Shown: positions 42,372 to 59,167, counted from the first letter of the stretch. The stretch: 64,000 nucleotides of DNA from the human T2T-CHM13v2.0 reference genome, Homo sapiens (GCF_009914755.1 NC_060926.1), one strand, 5' to 3'. Notes: generated by a model from the letters alone, not told the origin. Numbers and translations: made by a program.

Positions 42372-42589
42372 TGGATAAATTAACATTCTAAAGTGTGTTT
42401 GGTGGGGGGTTGCTGACATAGACAAAAACAATGAAACCGCTGTGACTCAAGAGTAGTATAGGTCACACCTCACTGTGCACACCCCACTGTGCTAACAGAG
42501 CTGCTTTTCAGACACGGGAACGGAAGCTTAGGGCTACTGGGAAACAGTAACGACACAGTCTTCATTGCAGCCAATCTCCCCATCCTTTC

Positions 42590-42975
42590 ATATTTTTCAA
42601 ACAAAGGTGTTGTTTTAGAACAGCTGTGAGTTTATAGAAAAATTAAAGCTAGTAGAGACTTATCCTATACTCTGCACCCTCCATGCCCTACAACTAACAT
42701 CTTCCATTCCTGTACTCTGCACCCTCCATGCCCTACAACTAACACCTTCCATCAGGATGCTGTGCTTAGGTGTCATGACAGAAAAAGCCCGGACTTGATT
42801 CAGATTTCCTCCGTTTTTCCCTGGTGCCCATTTTCTGTCCTAGCGCCCATCCAGGGTCCTGCCTCTCTTGGCTGCAACAGTATCTCAGACCTTCCTTGTT
42901 TTTGACCACCTTGACAGCTTTAAGCAATCCTGCTTGGGTATTTTATAGAATGTGCTTCAACTGGGGTTTGTCCCA
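42590..42975 (-). mobile_element. L1MC/L1MD-type 3' end fragment containing a 45-bp tandem duplication (42663-42752)
   Basis: tctcagaccttccttgtttttgaccaccttgacagcttt...ggtattttatagaatgtg. The unit tactctgcaccctccatgccctacaactaaca is repeated. Confidence 0.7.
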
Positions 42976-44279
42976 GGGCCTCACTGGGACTCCAGGGACT
43001 GAGCTGCGTGAACACCTAAGCAAGGGCTGACGTCAGACCAGAGAAGCCCCGATACCTTCAAACCGAACTTCATGGGCAACGGCAGAGTTCCCATGGTTTA
43101 AAGAAAGAGCTTAGCCTTAAAGCAAAGACAAAAGAAACCACTTGGTTCTCGTGTCTGGGGCAAAAGGACTTGTCTTTTGCCTGAATAAGGAGGGACGGAA
43201 AACTCCTTCTGCTGGGAGGATTGGCCATGAGGAAAACAGCCTCTTGGCCTGCACCAAACTGGCAGGTGTCTGTGAGAAAGCGCTGCGCGAGGGCCCATGT
43301 GGCCCACCAAGACCTGCACCTCCTGGAGGGCGTGGTGCGGTGCACACTCACATGCAAACCTTCCCTCCACACGGCGTGTGAGTCAATGTGGAATGAAGTG
43401 GGTATCTATTTGGGTTTGGGGCCATCATGCCATCCCCTCAGGCCTCTAACCTGTGTGACCAGAGGTAGTAGAATTTTACTGGCACTCTGATGCCCTTGTT
43501 CAATTAAATTATAAAAGGAAGTTCAGTGGGCTGAAATGTCATGGCTTGGAAACAAAATGATCTACAAGGTCAGCCAAATACTCAAATTCCCCCTAGGTCC
43601 TTCCCCTGACCTGAACCCCCAGAGGGGTCTCCATCTGCCACCTCAAGCAGGACCTGCACCTGCGCTGGCCTCCTCCCAGCTCAGCCTCCTGCTTTGCTGA
43701 GTGACCCCAGCAGCCCATCCTCCCTCCACTGTGCGGCCCACACCCTGGCACTACCCCTGGGCCTGGCAGATACTAGGCATAGGCTTGATGCTCCATAAAC
43801 TTGTGCCCACCCAACCGGCCCTCCCTGGGAGCTCTGCTTATAGCCTCGAGCATCCCAGGCCACTAGATTCTGCTTTTCCCCACTGCGCAGGTTACTGAAA
43901 ATTACCAAAGTTCCATAACAGTGCTTGCATCTGCCCATTAATAGAAATTAAACTTTAATGAGTAAGTGCTGTGAATTCCTCAGGCATGTCCAACATAGTT
44001 TATGTGCATTTATTAGAGAAAATGAAAATGGAAAAAGATTCTTTCCCTAAGCAATATTTTTCCTTCAGGGTAATCAGGCAGTCTTAAAATGTCAAGGATA
44101 ACCTAAGAAGTATTCCTGTTGTCTCTCCACTAAGAATCAAAACTAGCTGTAGCTGCCGGCTTACAGGAAGTACGGGTTTGGCAGAACCTGCTAAAGGACA
44201 CTGGATTGGCTATGATCAGTCAAGCCCTGAAACAGAAAATCCCAGGACAAAGGACTCAGTGAGGCGGAGAGTGGGCAGG

Positions 44280-44660
44280 GGAAATTTCAGATATGCCCAC
44301 CAGTCCCGATGTTTTGGTCTGGATTTGAACAACTGGCTGTAAAAAGACAGTTTTTAAGACAACCAGTAAAAATTAAACATCGTTTGGGTATAAGATGATA
44401 TGTAGGAATCATGATTCCTTCTGCTGAGTGTGATAATGGGGTTGGATCTGTTAGAAACACACATTCAAGTATTTAAGGGATGGTGCTGTGGCCTCTGAGA
44501 TCGGTTTTAAATTCTCCAGAAAATAAAGGTGTGGAGAGATGAAGTGGTCACGATGGAGAGCCTCAGGGATTTCCTGGCGGGAGGTGGCTGTGGGCACTCG
44601 CTCTATGCACTGGTCTCTTTCCTTTCATATATCTTTGAAACTTTTCATAACAATTTTTCA
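44280..44660 (+). mobile_element. Old L1ME-type 3' fragment
   Basis: ggtctggatttgaacaac...taagatgatatgtaggaatc...gtgtgataatgg...atatctttgaaacttttcataacaa. Confidence 0.55.
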
Positions 44661-46961
44661 AGAGATGCCAGGAATAAAGACGAGCCTGCCCCCACCTTCT
44701 ATTCAATATGTCTTTCCTGAGCATCTGCTGGGTGATCTACCTAACTTGTTCCTTCACGAATATCCCAACAGTCTTCAGTTCATCCCCAGCCCCTATGTGT
44801 TCAAGCAGACACACACGTCTGGTTCACAGCTCAGCGAGCAGGCCCTGAGCGTCTGGGAACGTGAGAGTGAGCAACGCAGAGGCCTGGCCCCGGCCCAGCA
44901 GAACCGGCAACCCACACTGGCTGCCTGCGTCCAGTCCCGCCATGGGGTCTGCCTGGTGCCAGCACCTGCCCAGACACAGGGCAGAGGAGACTGCAGGGGG
45001 GTGTCCAGCTGCTCTCACGTGCCAGGCCAGGCTTGCTAACACCTGTGGCTTAGTCGGGTGATAGGGACAAAACGTGCAAACTGAGCCCGCTGGACACGCA
45101 GACTCAGCAGGCAGGCAGAGCCCGGTGGGGAGGCAAACGCGGGCAGGAGTGAGCCACGGGGGAAAGGGAACAGCAGGTTACTCGGGGATTTTCCCAGGGA
45201 AAATGTGGCAGTGGAAACACAGCACCTCGCCCCTTCCCCTCCCCCGTCGGAGAAACCATCCATGCACCCAGGAGGCGTGGCAGCCGGAGAAGCACCGGGG
45301 TTGCTGCAGGCCACAGGACGCGAGGAGCAGTGTCAGGAATCAGTGTGGAAAAGGGGCTGCCCGGGGGCTGAATGGGGCTGTCCTGTTGCCACAGGTCCTG
45401 GCACCGAGCATAGAGCCAGGTGTGTGGGCGGGGGCCGGCCAGGCGCTGGCTGAGCAGGTGATGGCCACGGCGCCGGCAGGAGTGAAAGCAAGCCGCTCTT
45501 CCTGCTCCGCAGGGCCCTGCTCTGTGCTCTAAGGGCCGGAGAACAGCGTTTCCTGGAGGGAGTGTCTCAGGGCCTCTCCTAGACGGTTCTGCAGGGCCTG
45601 GCATGGCCAGGCTGCTTCCTCCCTAAGTAAGACAACACGGAGAGACAGCTCTCAGCTACCCCTACCTACCAAGTGGCACAGGCCAGCTGAAGCGTTCATA
45701 AGTGATTTAGCAAATCAGGAGAAAATGTCCTCGCCTGCCTTTGAAAACAGCACCATCTCTGCTCCTGAGAGGATGTCCACTGCCCAGTGGCGAGGGCACA
45801 TGTGGGTGCGTCACTGCACAGCTGTGCTGTACAGCGCTGGGAGCGTGCGAGGAGGATCACCTGGCATGCACCGTGTGCAGTTTCACCAGAGCCAGTGGGA
45901 GGAGTCACACACAACAGACGTCAAATAGGAACGCTGCAAAACACACAAATAGCATCTCCACAGCTAATGTAAAATAGTTTTCTGGATAGGTTCCCTTCAG
46001 TTAATGATGAAAGGTGATGCAGCTATCGGCAATGGCTGGAGACTAGCTCTGCGGTCTGCTCGTGGATAACCGCGCTCCCTCGCTGCCGGGCCACCCGCAC
46101 AGCCGGGCAAACCAAAAGGCCCACTTTTTCATGCTGTACCCACCACTTCTGTTTCCCCGCAGGCATCCTACTTTCTAAACTAACACCTTTTCACTCCCGA
46201 GAATTCTAACAAATATTATACAATTCCTACCCGCATCTACCCTCCACCTGGACGTAGAACCCGTGTGGGAGGCAGTCCTGCAGGGTTTGGGGTGGAATAT
46301 CCCCCCTGTCGAGTGGAGACGAGGCTGACATGAGGAGTGAATAAACGAACACAGATAAAGAACGAGGCACACAGTACGTGCGGGGCGAGAGACTCCCTTT
46401 GCTCCTCCCGCTTCACCTTTGCTTCAGTGCCGCAGCCGGGGCCCGTGCCCTCCACGCCAGGGCATCTGAGCCGAACAAGCTGCTCACCAAACGTGACTCA
46501 GCAACGAAAACCACTATACAGACGAACCATTCTCCCAGAATATTTTCCACACTGCTGAACATCACAAACTCGCTAAAGGTGCTTGTGGTTAGGTGGCAGG
46601 AAGCTGGAAAATAGGTGCATGTTAATAAGTAGCTCACGAAAAATGAGTCACTAATTTAGAACAATAAACTCAAAGTGGCCATTTGCGGAAAGTCTAGGCA
46701 GGCACATTAACTGCGCGGCTGGGAGCATCAAAGCAGAGATCCCTCCCTGGAGCGAGGTGGAGAACGGAGGGCGCTGACCACAGTGGACCACACCCTCTCC
46801 TCCTCTCACCAAACCAGACCTGAAAGCACCGCTCATTCTCTGTGCAGAAAAAGGATCCTTTGATGCCAAGTTTAAGGCAGCATTTCGGAAGTGACCAATC
46901 TGTGGTCAGTGGCCAGTGAGATGGGGAGAGAGTGAGGCTGGGGCTCCCCCAGCGCCCATAA

Positions 46962-47400
<439 letters not shown>

Positions 47401-47524
47401 ACCTCTAGCGCTTTTTAGGACAATATTTGCCTCAATTCACTGAAAATGTATTTCATTTTCTAAACTATTGTTGCCATATCTTGCTAGAACTAAACATAAC
47501 ATCCTGCTTACATTCTAAATGAGA

Positions 47525-47680
47525 AACAATAACAGCTAAGTAACTCCTAGCAGGAGCTGACGATGGTCAGGCACTTATCTCTGGGTTTCATTCACAGAAG
47601 TAGTACTCATGGTTCTCACCAGAGAAATAACTGGCACAGATACTGTTATTGTCCCCATTTTAAAGAAGCCAGGGAGATGA
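47525..47680 (-). mobile_element. MIR SINE fragment
   Basis: aataacagctaa...caggcact...gatactgttattgtccccattttaaaga. Confidence 0.55.
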
Positions 47681-47794
47681 TAAAGACCATCCTGATCAAG
47701 GTTGGGACCAACTTTCAAAAGCAAACTGACCCCCACTCTGCTGTTCTGCCTCTCCACACGGACTCATTCAAGCCTCAAGGTCAACATCCCATCA

Positions 47795-48330
47795 CTGGCT
47801 CATTCATTCAAGTTTTCCTGAACTAGCGATTAAGTGATGGCCACAATTTTGGGGACACAGTGTTGTAAGTCCCTGCACCCCAAACTTCCACTGCTGAAGA
47901 GGTGATGACACGTAAATTAGAAGACCGTGTGGGATCACGTGCTGGAATAACAATCACGCAGGCGGAACACGGCAGGGACTGTTCTTTTAGACAAAGTGAC
48001 CTGAGAGGGCCCTGTGAGGTGGTGGCATTTGAGCCGACACCTGAAGGACATGTGGGATCAACGATCCCAACGAGGTACACACGAGGTGGAGGGAACAGCA
48101 AGGGCAAGGCCTGGGAGGGGAACAAGCCTGGGGGTTCCCACGGGGCAGACAGAGGAGACACGGCTGCAGGTCCGAAGGCCATGGTAAGGACCTTCCATTC
48201 CGACTTCAGCCACCATGCGGAGTGTCGCCCAGGGCGGGGAGGGGCTGCGGAAGGCGGGGGAGGCGGAGAGAGAGCTGGGAGAGATGGGGAAAGGGATCCA
48301 TCAGGACTCTGCGATGGACTTGGCGTGGGT
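47795..48330 (-). mobile_element. L2 LINE 3' fragment
   Basis: cattcattca tail and gaggtggtggcatttgagccgacacctgaagga, gagggaacagcaagggcaaggcctgggag. Confidence 0.7.
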
Positions 48331-48914
48331 GTGCCACACTCACCCAGGTAGGGAAGACAGAGAGACTTGAGTGGGGAGAAGCAAGCCGGAAATCCAAAAT
48401 GCAGATTTGATGGAACCTGCTGATTTTAAGAGAGCCAATCACCATTTTGAAGAGCAAACAGTACGTCTAAACCTCCTTTGAATCATTACTTTGTGACTTT
48501 CTCAGGAAAAAAAAAATCCAAAATGTTCAGAATTTGTGTCAATGGTTCAAAATTCAAGTTCTCCATATTCTACAACAACATGTATTTCAGCAGCATCCTT
48601 TACTCTACCCGAAATCTCACTATCCAAATACCACGCCATCCTGGGAGGGGCTCTAATCTTCTAAAATATTTATTCATTCCTTTAGCTGAGCTATTAAAGA
48701 AAAAAAAAAAACAAGGAGCTGAATATTAAGTGACACACACTGCACTCAAAACTCTTGTGTCAGGAAAGAATGTGCACAAAATATACATAAGCAGTGAAGA
48801 CTCGTTTAATGTGTCAGCTGGCTGCTCCACACTGGTTCTGCCGTCTCTCACCCCGCGACAGCTGTGCTCCTTCCTGCTGTGACGCGTCATCCAAGGGGAA
48901 GCTCTGCTTCCGGG

Positions 48915-48978
48915 CCTCCCGCCTCTGGAAGGAGGCCGTGCACAGCCCTCCCGCCTCTGGAAGGAGGCCCAGCGCAGC
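48915..48978. repeat. Tandem duplication, 32-bp unit x2
   Basis: cctcccgcctctggaaggaggcc at 48915 and 48947. Confidence 0.88.
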
Positions 48979-50231
48979 ATCCTCCGTGATGGCCACCGCG
49001 GCCTCTCCCATCGGAATTGCAGGGAATACCCCGCTCCACATCTCCTATGAGGATGCGTGGATGTCCTCTGGTTAAACAAAGCACCCTGCTTTTATTCCAT
49101 GACTCTGACAAGCACTATCAGGAGACACGTGTGGTCCAGACATCACCTTAGGTGCTGAGAACCCAGCTGATGAAGACACAGAGTCGGCCCCCAGGGGTCC
49201 GAGAGGAGAGGTCCAGGTGATAACATCACTGTGTCTTCAGTACCCGGTCTCTAACCCTGCAGGTGGCTCCCCAGAGATCCCGGGGCCACCTGGCCAGAAC
49301 CAGTGGGGAAGAACAAGGAATTGAAGGCTGTGAAAATGTGACATGAGATTCAGATAGTCCAGGGCCCCGCACGGCCCAGCTCCAGGCAGTCAGCTCCACG
49401 TGCCTTCCTGCCACTGGGGCTGCCACTGGCTGGAGCCTCCAGCAGCTTGTCTTGGGGCAGACACAGTGGGTACAAAATCAAGCACTGGTTCACACAGCAG
49501 GCCATTCTCCTGAAGTATCCAGAAGCTGCTATGGGTTCAGCGTGCACTGGCAGTGGTGACACAGGCATCGGGCCTCCTTTAGAGGAACGTCTTGGCCTCT
49601 CCAAGGAGAAGGGGCCAGAAGAGGCACTTCCTCCCTGGGACCTCGACAGAAAGGACGGTTTTCAGTGGCCTGACTGTGGACTGCTGTGTTCCAGCCAGAA
49701 GCCCGCTGCCAGAGGCCACAGCGAAGGGGCACGACAGTGGACTGGCTCATGGGCCTCCCCAGCAGAAGAGCTGCCAGAGATGGGACTCGGGGGCGGTTTT
49801 CCCTCACCCTTGGCGGGATCCTCCCCTCTGCAGACCCGGGGAACCTGCCCACGTGTGTTCACGTGCCCCCGCCACACGCCTGGTTCACCTCGAGACCTGC
49901 ATCAACTTACCGGTGCAGCCAGCACGTCTGGAAAGAGACTCGTCAGCTGGCACCTGGCCCTGTGGGCGCCGTCAGCTCCCTTAGAGGATGACGTGGGGTG
50001 GAAAGGGCCTTTCCACATGAGTGGTTTCCATGTCCTCAACTTTAAACGATTTCAAGACGTTTTACTCTCCTTAATTTTGGTACTACCGAATAATATACAC
50101 CACGTAGTTTTATTTTCATATCTAAAATGTTTTCAAACAAAATTTTATTTCTAAAAAGTGAAGATGGGGGAGACACACAGATGCCACCACAGCTAGCGTC
50201 GTGGGTGATCTGGGTAAAGATTTCCATTCCC

Positions 50232-50514
50232 AGCCAGGCACAGTGGTTCACGCCTGTAATCCCAACACTTTGGGAGGAATGAGGCGGGAATATTGCTTGA
50301 GGTCAGGAATTCAAGACCAGCCTCAGTAACATAATGAGACCCTGTCCCTATCAACAATACAAAAAATCAGCTGGGTGTGGTGGCGTGTGACTGTAGTCCC
50401 AGCTACTTGGGAGGCTGAGGCACGAGGATCTCTCGAGCAAGATCACACCACTGCACTACAGCCTGGGTGACAGAGCAAGACCTGCCTCCAAAAATAAAAA
50501 TAAAAAATAAAAAC
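50232..50514 (+). mobile_element. Alu SINE, AluJ-like, with an internal deletion in the right arm
   Basis: gaggatctctcgag joins directly to caagatcacaccactgc (the ...ggaggtcgaggctgcagtgagc segment is missing). TSD aaaga(t/g)ttccattc. Confidence 0.9.
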
Positions 50515-51307
50515 AAAGAGTTCCATTCTCCACACACTGGCCCCAGCTGTAACCACACAGTACCTGCAGTCCTAGCTCCTGCTTGAGATGCCCCAATCTA
50601 CCTCCTTGTATTCTAGAACACGCTCTCCCACTGCACAAGGCTCATTATTCAATGGTACAAATGTACATTCAAGATAATCACATCATTATTATTTAATTCA
50701 ATAGTACTCCAGCACACTCCTCCCTCCAACAAAACCAGCTTTTCTGGATCCTCTAAGAAGCAGGTGTACCATGTGCAGAAATCACTATTACATTTCTGTT
50801 ATGCACAGAATGAATATACCCTACACATCACAACCTCCCCTACACCAAGACTAACTTAATCTTATCACTATTCCTTTTTATACAACAGAAGCTTCAGTTT
50901 CTAAATATACAGTGATTTCTTTGTATTGCATTCTATTTTAATCTTCTAAAAATAGAGCCACCACCAGGAGAAGCGACTTGCTGTTGGATGTTCACTACGC
51001 TAATGTCACTGGCAGGATGTGGATTTCTGCCCCTTCCAGACTTTCCAGCTTGTGGTTTCCACATGACGACTGTCATGGTGGTTCCAGGATTCTGGCCGGG
51101 AGTGTGGGAGCAGGATCGCCCAGCATCAAAGCCAGGATCCACTCCCAGGAGCCTGTGATGCCACATGAGCCAGCTGATCAGTGTGGGCCTCACCGTCAAC
51201 AGCCATCGAATGGGTGCCAGGATGCTCTCCAACCTTGCAGGACTGAGAGGACTGGACTAAGCACCCACAAACGTACTCACAAGCCGCAGTGCCACAGATA
51301 GCCTATG

Positions 51308-51368
51308 CCATGGACATGGCCCACGCCACCATGGACACAGCCCACGTCACCATGGACACAGCCCACGT
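51308..51368. repeat. Minisatellite, 21-bp unit x3
   Basis: ccatggacacagcccacgtca at 51308, 51329 and 51350. Confidence 0.9.
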
Positions 51369-53199
51369 TGTGGGAGCAAGTCCTCTGACTTTCCCCTCCT
51401 TCAGCAGATTGGCTGAGAGCATTTCTCAGGTTTTAGCAGAAAGTTAAAGAGAAAAATCAAAAGGCACGAGGGAAAGAGCAGAACAAAAAGGAAGCTGTTG
51501 CCTCCAAGAGCTCTCATGTCCCACGGAAGTTCCTTCTTGAGGATGGGAAGATGGTCTGTGCCCGCCACCTCCTCCCCTTGCTTCTCCGCCAAAGGACAAA
51601 CACTGCACCAAACCAGAGGGCAGTCAATAGGTTAAAATGTTTTCTTAAACGATTTTCCAAGGTTTTAAATGCTTCATAGCTCTAAGAACAGAGTTATCCA
51701 AAATTTTAAAAATATAATCCCTTATCTTCTGTTTAATAAAGTTATTTTTGAATTTTGAAGAAGCAGAAATCCGATCATTTCTCTCCTCCCTCCCTGACGC
51801 ACACACCCTTAAGACCCAGCCTGTTCTCCGCCAGGAACGCACCACCTGCGCTTCGCCGGCCACCGGTTTTGCAACGGAGAGCCCGCTGGCCACGGCGGCC
51901 CGCACTGCACACTTCCTAGCAGGCTTCCTGTGTAGCTGGCAGTGTGCCTGGCAGAGCAGAGGCACAACACACATTCCCATCACACTTCATACGCGGCATT
52001 AAGCTCATGACATATTTTCATCTTCTCCTAAGATATTAGAGTCTCGGGAACAAATCCACTTCCTATCACTCAACGTGCAACTCAGATGATAAATCTTGTA
52101 CCACTGCGTTAGCGTGGTAAAAATCAGAATCATACGGCAAAGAAAACACAGAAATTACATCAAAACAAAACAAAGATGCAGCTTTCGTAATCTAAAGCAA
52201 ATTTCTTTGGTTTTATACCCATAAAGTCCCACACTTGGGCATGAAGGCAATCTTGAATTAAAACGAACACCCCTGTATGCTGTTATGACCGATGTCACAT
52301 CTAATATTCAGACAACTAGAAAGAAGGGCTAGCCTTTTAACTCAACTACAAGAAAAGAGGAACTGGAAAACAGCAGTGGCTGAATGTGTACTCCTTGCTT
52401 TGATGTTCTGAATTAACACGCGCCTGTAGTAAAAGCCAATTTTACACTTTGAAAAGCACAGAGCCTCCTCATGTCCACAACACAGAGCTACAGAACACAG
52501 CAAGTCAACCAGAACTTTAGGTTCCCAAACCTTACTGCACTGACTCGATAAGGATCCCTCGCTTCCCACTGTAAGAACAAAGAAACAGTTATGAAGATAG
52601 AATAAAATCTCGCCCTAATATTGTAGGCAGAGTTGAATTCAAGAGAAGACCCCAATTACCAGAAAGGAAAGAAAGCAAACGGCCCTCTGAGCAGGTGCAC
52701 TAAGACCCAGCTGCCTGTTCCTGGGGCCCAAGAGTCATCAGAACTGGAGACAGGCACCAGGGAGCCAGTGGGCGGCTGCATATCTGGGTGGGCAGGAGAG
52801 GTGGCCATGAGCGTGGCTTGGACAGGGAACTGGAACTGAGACCCTGTGTCCGGGCAGAACTCTTGGAGGACTGTCTGGTCTATGAAAAGAGAACTAGAAA
52901 ACCCCACCCACCAGGCCTGGGAAGCAATAGAGGGTTGCTAGGAAGAGGCTTCAGTGAGAATCTAAGACCCTAAACCTGGGTCCCTGTGGATGTGGCCTCC
53001 AGATTCATATTCTTTGAGTAGTTCTGGAATCTCAAGTCTAGAAATAAGGGTAAAACTAGTCTAGAACCTGGGAAACCCTGTAGCCCCAGGAAGACAAAGA
53101 AAAATAGCTCCTTAGGGCTACACCCACAATCCACAGCACACAAAACACACAAAGAAGGATGAGAGGAAGGGAGGGAGGAAAGTCCCCTGCTGAAGAGTT

Positions 53200-54170
53200 T
53201 ACCATGCAAATTTAACATCACAAATGATAGATGGAAACAACCCACCATGTGGGAATCGGCAAGAACAACAAAACCGAGAAATGACTCCAAAATGTCCACA
53301 AATATTAAAACAATGTGGAAAAGACAACAAGCTGCGCTAAAAAAAAAAAAAAGTTAAATGAAGAAGAGAAACTATCATGAAGGAAAAAAACCTGGAAATG
53401 GGAGATGAGAAGTTTTTAAAAAGAATTAAGTGAATTTTCTATAATTGAGAAGAACAGATTAGATCTAGTTAAAGATAAAAACAGCAAATTAGATATAAAG
53501 ATAAAACTAGATCTAGATAACTAACCAGAATGCAGCACAAAGATAGGAAAAGATAAAGGAGAGAAGCAAGGATAAAAGAATAAGATGGTCCAACATAGAC
53601 CTAGTATGAGTTCCTAAAGAATGGAAAAAATGTACAAATGCAGTATTAAAACAGATAACGAATGAGAATATTCCAGAATTCAGACATAACAGTCCTTAGA
53701 TTTAAGAAGCATGCTAAGTCTCAATTAGGATAAATAAGTGTGAATCGACATCTAGACACAGTGCAATAAAACATTTAAACACTAAACATGGAAAAAGATC
53801 TTAAAAGCACCAAGGTAGGAAAGTTAGATGATCTAAGAACATTGAATTGAGAGGCAATGTTTCAACAGCAACAAAAGTAGCCAAAAGATAATGAAATGTC
53901 TTCAAACATGCTGAAAGACACAGCAACCTGCAATTCTACACCTATCTAAACTATCATTCGGGTAAAAGGGAAAACAAAAACATTTTCAGATAAACAAAAC
54001 TTGAGTACTTACCATTCAGAAACCATTGCTGAACTAACAAGGGATTATGTCAGAAGGAAGAAAATCATATCCCAGGTGAAAGAGTAAGATGACAGAAGCA
54101 ATGGTAAGGCAAAAACACTAGTAAATCATGTAAGTACACATTAATAACTACTGAATATTCAATTAATACA
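53200..54170 (+). mobile_element. Old LINE-1 / HAL1-like ORF1-region fragment
   Basis: aaccagaatgcagcacaaagat, gagaatattccagaatt, cacatctagacac-like and ctgcaattctacacctatctaaactatcattc motifs typical of diverged L1 ORF1. Confidence 0.6.
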
Positions 54171-54214
54171 AAGGTTCATACAGATACCGAGACTATGTGT
54201 AATCTTGTTTTCTC

Positions 54215-54216
<2 letters not shown>

Positions 54217-54247
<31 letters not shown>
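54217..54247. repeat. (TG)n microsatellite
   Basis: About 15 TG units. Confidence 0.93.
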
Positions 54248-54249
<2 letters not shown>

Positions 54250-56149
54250 CAAAGTCACTGTTTAAAACACCTGGTTGGTTTCCTCTTAAGAACAACATAG
54301 ACCTTAAAATTAAAGGGCTTCCCTTTTTCCTTTGACAGCTAAGAAACTCAGAGCCAATTATGCAGGGTTTATGACCTGCATCTCCGGGCTCTACTTCTCT
54401 TTGAGAGACCGTCATTTTTTCTTTGCTCTGAGTCCTTTGTCTTTATTCTTACACAGCCTTCACTAATGAAATAAGAATTAAGTACAGCTGTCCCTGAAAT
54501 TGTACGCACAGGCACCAAAACACTTGACACGCCAACATGCCACAGCCTTGGCTTCTTCTCATTATAAGGAGGAAGAGGAGGCCACTGAAATATGGTCTAG
54601 TGTGAGTAACTCTGCACAACTCTGCTGAAACAAAGTTCAGTACCACTAAAAGCAGGGTACGAGCTCAGCAATCCTACTCTGAAACACAAAAAGCTCCCAA
54701 GAGCATGACTGACAGCAATCACTGCCAGGCACATGGGCCATTCTTCCTGTGCTGCACTCAACATCACACGTGCATGTCGGAGAGCCCGTCTTTGGAAACA
54801 GCTACACACTTGGGCAAAAGCAATTCTTTGTGAGAAATAATCAGCAAAAGATTGCTTATCCTTTCTACACTCAGAAATTAGTTAAGAGTAACCAGCTCTT
54901 GGAAAAGGATAAACCACTCTATGCAAATACTCCTGCAAAGGTTCTCGATTAATGCAAATATTATGTTTGTCTTTTATTTTAATGCAAACAGCATCTGTTC
55001 TGCACAGTCCATGCCATCACTTTGTAGTCTGTGTGGAGCATCTCAAGTGTGTTCCAGCTGCGTTTCAGAGTTTGAAACATTCTCAGAGAGGCAGAGCCAC
55101 AGAAAGCGGTTCACTGAAGAAAACAGCAAACAAGTTCAGTGGGGCTCCTTCTAGGAGGCTTCTTTCTCTTTTAAGGCAGGAGAGAAACAAATCCAAGAAT
55201 GAATTCCCAAATTTACTTCTGCAGAGGTCTGGCTTTAAGTGTGGGATTTTTCTTTTTTAATAGTTTTGACTAAGGAAAAAATTAGGTTTGCTTTTTCTGT
55301 GAATTCTGTCGCAGGGGAAAGAGATTCAGAACAACACATGGGGGAAAGGACAGGCTGGTCGGGGCCAGGCTGCCATCCAGAGCACTGACCCAGCGCCGAG
55401 GCGGGTTCCAGCCCCTCCCAGAAGGCCAGGACTTCACCCCAGCAGCATCCTCCTCTTTCATAGAAGGTGTTGGCCATCTAGAAGGCTCCCTGCCAACACT
55501 GGCTTCCTCAGATCGCTCCACTGATACTGTTCTGTGTCTGCCCCTAAGAGGGGCATACCCTTGTCTGTTTTTGTGTCCATGACCCTGAAGCAATGACTAG
55601 TTCAGCAGCAGAAGGGACTGGATGGGCAGATGACTGGATGAATAAATCAAGCTACCTATGGGGAAACAGATAATGTGGAGAAACACTGACTTGTCACCCT
55701 TCAGATTTCAAATATAGTCAACTTCCAAATCTCTACCCAAGCAAGAGTACCTGGAAACAGTTTGACCTTAACATGCTAATAATACTAATTTTACCATTCC
55801 ATTTGTTAGAATGCAGGTATACTGCTAATCGGATCCACTAGACCAAGAATCCACGTGGGATAGCCTAAGAAGACAGAAGAACCTGGGTATTTTCAGATGT
55901 CCCTCAACAGAAACACCTATTCTCACATAAACTTGCTGTTAAAACTCTAAAATATCCATGTAGACAAATAACTCTGGGTAAATAACAGAATAAGCATTCC
56001 TATAAACCCTTTAATAATTATCTTAGTTATTAATTTCATTTCAAATTGCCTGATTTTCCATATATACTGCTAATCATCTTATAGAAGAATTTTGTTTTTG
56101 ACCAAAAAAACTCTGAATATCGATATTTAATAAACATGACTGCTTCAAA

Positions 56150-58710
<2,561 letters not shown>

Positions 58711-59167
58711 TTTCTTCTCAGCCCAGAGCCTGTGGTATGGCGTGAGCCCCAGTCCCTAGATCACAGCCTGCAAGTAGGAAATATGGCCTTGTGGGGCAGG
58801 AGAGGAAGAGAGAAGTGACACAGTGAAACGTCCTTTGTCACACAGAGGGCATCTGACAGCCAGCTAAGGAGAAGAGGATCTAAGGGTGAAGCTCCTGCCA
58901 GAGCCCAGGAAGGAAGGCTGAAGACTCAAGGAGCCAGATGACACCGCTCCCTTGCCTTCCACCCCCAACGCTGTGATTGATTTCCTAACTGCATGCCAGG
59001 CCGCCACCTCTATAAGCTGAGCAATTCCTTTTGGTGAAGTTCAGCTGAAAGACAGAGGTTGGGGTGTCCCATCCAACGGAAGCCCCTCTGCGGACCGCGT
59101 GTCCAGACTCTGCAGGCGCCCTGTGACGACTCTCTTGCACACACGCACACACACACGCTCATGCAAA

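Noticed and set aside
49447-50154. 235-aa plus-strand ORF
   Set aside because: Non-ATG start, no recognisable domain, antisense to HDAC4.
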